A stretch of DNA of 63,977 bases, the filler included, from Reclinomonas americana ATCC 50394 (taxonomy: Eukaryota), in assembly GCA_048213135.1 (NCBI GenBank). It is 16 parts of 11 records of this genome, joined end to end, with 100 filler letters (N's around TTAATTAATTAA, not from the genome) between each part and the next. Parts side by side here need not be neighbours in the genome. Positions count along the whole stretch, not along the records: positions 58,699 to 62,660 come from PS015870.1; positions 62,761 to 63,977 come from PS015897.1; 14 more parts are not named here. One strand, given 5' to 3'. The position numbers and the translations under genes were made by a program. A model generated the notes under the pieces. That model searched no databases. It was not told the origin of the DNA and saw only the letters and a list, made by a program, of their open reading frames with translations. The first letter of the stretch is position 1. Every line of letters starts with the position of its first letter. Shown here piece after piece: positions 59,791 to 63,977 of this stretch.

Positions 59791-62498
59791 TCAGGCAAAG
59801 AACATCTCGAATGCGTCGAGGTCGAGCATCAGCGGGCCCTCGAGTACTCCGCTGGTGACCAGGTCGGCTTCGCGGTGCAGGCCAAAGAGGGCGCCGATCT
59901 TGGCCAGCGCGAGCGAGAATTGCGGCTTTTGTGGCTTGTGGCGCTGCTCAAAGTCCTCCTCCGGGTCCTTGCCCGACATGCGCTTCATCGCTTCCTCGAA
60001 TGGCGTGCCGCTCAGTGTGTAGTGCGTCACGCAGCTGTTGCTCTCTTCGACGGCGGACAGGCGCTTGGCTTCGGCAATGGCGTCGCTGAGGCCGCCCAGG
60101 TGATCGACGAGACCATTCTGCGGGTCCGCAGCGTACGCGTGAGTGCATGCACACACACACAAAACACACAAAAGGAGAACTAAGGGCGGCAAGTACCTCG
60201 ACGGCCTGCGCTCCCGTCCACACGCGACCGTGGCACAGTGGCTCAAACTGCGCGTAGGCGATTCCGCGACCGGCCGCCGCCTTTTCCACAAACGAGTGAT
60301 ACACATTGTCCTGCAGCGATGCGTCAGCCCAACGAGGGTGGAGTGGAAGGGAAAGGGAAGGCGTGCCACAATCGCCAAACCAGCACTTGATCGATGCGAG
60401 CAATCTCAGCCGGTGTCCACGGATTCGCATTGTTGTACAGGTCGCTGGTCTCGCCGCGCACAACCGCCACGTCGTCCGTCACTCCCATCCTGTGGACGGC
60501 GTGTGAGCAGCAGAGGAAACGGCGCACCAAACCACCTCGATGCCTTTTTTCACCATTCACGGAGACGCTTGGCGACGAGCTTGCCGAAAATGACACCAAT
60601 GCTGCCAGTCACCGTCGTCGCCTCGGCAAAAATGGTGTCGGCCGCCATGCTGATGTAGTAGCCACCCGAGGCCGCCACGGATCCCATCGAGACCACCACT
60701 GGCTTGCCGGCCTCGCGCAGTGCGACCACCTCGCGCCAAATGGCGTCCGACGCAATCGCGGAGCCGCCGGGCGAGTCGACACGCATGACCACCGCCTTCA
60801 CGTCCTTGTCGTTGCGGATCTTGCGGAGAAGGGCACACATGCTGTNNNNNNNNNNNNNNNNNNNNNNNNNNNNNNNNNNNNNNNNNNNNNNNNNNNNNNN
60901 NNNNNNNNNNNNNNNNNNNNNNNNNNNNNNNNNNNNNNNNNNNNNNNNNNNNNNNNNNNNNNNNNNNNNNNNNNNNNNNNNNNNNNNNNNNNNNNNNNNN
61001 NNNNNNNNNNNNNNNNNNNNNNNNNNNNNNNNNNNNNNNNNNNNNNNNNNNNNNNNNNNNNNNNNNNNNNNNNNNNNNNNNNNNNNNNNNNNNNNNNNNN
61101 NNNNNNNCGCACGCACGCACACACGCACACACAGTCCCGAGTCAGTCGACTGTGCGCAGTGTGGTTTGCGCGCGAGAAACGACGCAACGTCTCTGCGGCG
61201 ATATTTTCGTTGTCGCTAAAGGGCGCCGCCTGCGCACTGCCTCGCTGAATGACGCCATTGGCGTAGACCAGGGCGATCTTGTCCAGGTGGCGAGCTTGCA
61301 CGACACGCACGGCATTCTTGATTGGCGTGTCGTAGCGCTGGGTGCGCATAAACTCGGTCGACATGATGTACTGGCGCAATCCAATGCATCGCTGGTTCTC
61401 GCGATGAACAAACTCGTCGTCCAGTTCGTCACGGTACCTGCGGATAAACAAGTGAGACCCGAGTCTTCTCCCGCACACAACTGCTACGGGTAGCGCACGC
61501 ACCGGAAGCCATCAATCAAGTTGTTCTCCACCGCCTCAATGGCCGTGTAAGGGCCTGTGTGCACACACACGCACACACAGGATCAGCGATTGTCGTTTGT
61601 GGAAAACGATGGGAAGGCGACATCTGTTTACCCTTGTCGATCAGTGAGCGCACCGTGGCCACCGACATGTGGCGCGCCTTGGCAATGTCGGCAATGACGT
61701 GATCAAGCAGCGAGTCCAAGATGCTGCGCGATGTTTGTTGTTCAGCGCAGCAGCAAACGAAGATCGATGAGTGTGTGCATGGACAACGCAACGAGATCGT
61801 GCTCTCGCGATGGGCGTCCGTGAACTTGCGCTCGGTGAGCACTGGGCGGGTCACAGTGTGAGCACACAGGGGAAAGAAGAAGAGGAGCCCCAAGAGACAC
61901 ACCATTAGCGGCGTTCTTGTATTCCTTTCGAGCGAGGAACTGCGGTTCGACTCCAACTGCGCACAGCGAGTGAGATTCCGAGAGAAAAACACCACCAGCG
62001 GGGAAAAGAAGGACCACGAAACTCTTGTCCAACAGTCCACGCAAGAAGAAGCCACGCGCGGTGACTCCCAGCACATTCACATAACCTGCCACAGCGGTGA
62101 GAGAGCATCCTGCCGAAAATAACAACAACGCAAAGCGCACCAGTTGGATTCACAAAGATCTTGTTGCACGCTGCATTCCCCTCGCCAGTGAGACACACAC
62201 ACACATGCTTGGCGGAAAGATCAAGCTCGTGGTAAAAGACACACACCAGTGGCGAGATAGTACGTGCGAAGATTCGCAGAGCCTTCGCCCATGGAATCCG
62301 AGTGGAAGACAACTGGCTTTTTCTCTGCACACTGCTTCAGCGCCCGTCGCATCTCCTACACACGCACACACAGAGTGAGAGGACAGACAGACACAGACAG
62401 AGGCAGCACGAGAGACACAAGCGGACCTCAATGACAGCGAGTCCACCAAGAGTGAGCGGACCCGGGGGAAACTCGGCGTGCACAATGACCTTTTTCAC
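59791..62498 (-). CDS. sppA: Signal peptide peptidase SppA (protease IV, S49), two-domain long form; 5' truncated
   Basis: N-domain [15 protein letters not shown] and EYKNAAN (catalytic Lys); C-domain [40 protein letters not shown] (catalytic Ser), [29 protein letters not shown]. Confidence 0.95.
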
Positions 62499-62760
62499 CT
62501 GCAAACAGTCGCGTGTGTGAGTCGACACAGAAGGAGAAGGAGAGGAGCAAGAATGACAAGGAGCGGAGCAAGAAGAAAAAGAAGAACAACAACAAGGCAA
62601 GGAGAATAGAAGGAGGAGGAGAAGAATAAGGAGAAGGAGAAGGTGAAGGAGGAGGAGGAGNNNNNNNNNNNNNNNNNNNNNNNNNNNNNNNNNNNNNNNN
62701 NNNNTTAATTAATTAANNNNNNNNNNNNNNNNNNNNNNNNNNNNNNNNNNNNNNNNNNNN

Positions 62761-62803
<43 letters not shown>

Positions 62804-63977
62804 TGTGTGGAAGAGAAAGGGTGAGAGAATACACAACACAAGCACACAATGAGAAAGAGCACTCACTCTTCTCTTCTCCTCTCTTCTTTGTGTGTGTGTG
62901 TGTCTCTCTCTCCTCTCTTCTTTGTGTCTCACTCTCTCTCTCTCTCACCGTCCTCGTCGCGATCCTCTCCTCGTCTCCTCGACAGAAGCGGTGTGCCTTC
63001 AGAGTCCGACGTGGTTGCTTGTTGTCAAGGGGGGAAGTGGAAGGCAGAAAGAATGAGGAGAGAGTGAGTGAGCGCGCTTGTGTGTGCGAGGTTCTGTTGT
63101 TGCGTCACGGCGTATTGTCCGCTTCTCTTTTGTCCGGACGTCGAAGTTGGTTCCTTTGCATTGTGTGATCGCTTTCGTTGTTGCGTGTCGGAGAAGGAGG
63201 CCGCACCTTGCGAGTATGAGAGAGAGCAAGAGAAAGGCAGCAATTCGAAGTCGTAAGTCGCAGTATTGTTCCAGAAACAGATATCGAAGCCCACTGCGAG
63301 CTTAGCTGCGAAGCACCCTCGTCAGCAACAGCGCCGTTGCGGACTAGGAGTTCGAGTGTGCATGTGCTTCATTGAAGAAGCAGTCCGTACGCGTGTGGTT
63401 GAATTCGTCGCTGTCTCTCCCCTGCCCTCCCTCTCTCTCTCACAACAAAACACTTCATTCACCACGTTCCAAAAACGCGATGAACGCCCACAAATCCCTT
63501 ACCGACAATGACCTTGGCACCAACAAAATGCAAACACATTACTTCTCCAACATGTACGTATACAGTCATCTTACCTTTCTCTTTATCTCTCTCCCTCCCT
63601 CCTCTCTCTCTCTCGTTCCTTGCTGTACCAGTTAGTAGCTACTCACACACCACGGTGCCTATCATGCACCTGCTGCGTTCTTGCGATTGTTGATGTTTGC
63701 TACCATCGATATCTTCATTCTCTTCACCAAATTGGAAATATTCATCGATACCACCCCTCCACCTCACCTCCCTTTCCCCCCACCCTCCCCCCTTCTCCTC
63801 CCCTCCCCTCCCCCCTTCTCCCCCCTCTCCCCCCTCCTCCCCCCATTTCCCGCCCTCCAACTCCTCAACCTACCATTCACCCACCCTCCGACCACCACTT
63901 CAACGTTCACTCCTCCATTCCCCTCACGCGTCACGCCAACCTCACTCCTCCCCTCTCACTCCCCCTTCTCTCTCTCA

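Noticed and set aside
4361..62760. Fifteen identical TTAATTAATTAA palindromes, each flanked by 44 N, resembling a regular repeat or recombination site
   Set aside because: Artificial 100-nt scaffold linker with stops in all six frames. It interrupts otherwise continuous genes (msrA at 39618, calpain at 47943).

Overview
This is a draft eukaryotic scaffold, probably a unicellular protist, with dense spliceosomal GT-AG introns, long GA/CT microsatellites, many N gaps and 15 artificial N44-TTAATTAATTAA-N44 linkers. It uses the standard genetic code. I spliced gene models by hand from reading frame and protein similarity. They are: a secreted GGA(I/V)/FxxN beta-helix protein, a NACHT-pentapeptide-WD40 STAND (NLR-like) gene, extracellular and H-type lectin exons, an armadillo-repeat protein, a SHCBP1/Nessun dorma-like protein, MsrA, cysteine synthase, a catalytically dead SOL-type calpain, mitochondrial IscU, an MA3-domain fragment, LIN9/ALWAYS EARLY and a two-domain SppA. 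Three observations stand out. (1) The NLR-like gene has a ubiquitin-type LRGG cleavage motif directly followed by a cryptic GCGASR myristoylation/palmitoylation signal. (2) The same gene has 14 near-identical WD40 repeats with hypervariable positions. (3) A register-shifted 5' splice-site class (GTTGCGY, a T-inserted GTGCGT) occurs at 15 or more introns in five genes. All family assignments come from motif recognition, not database searches.
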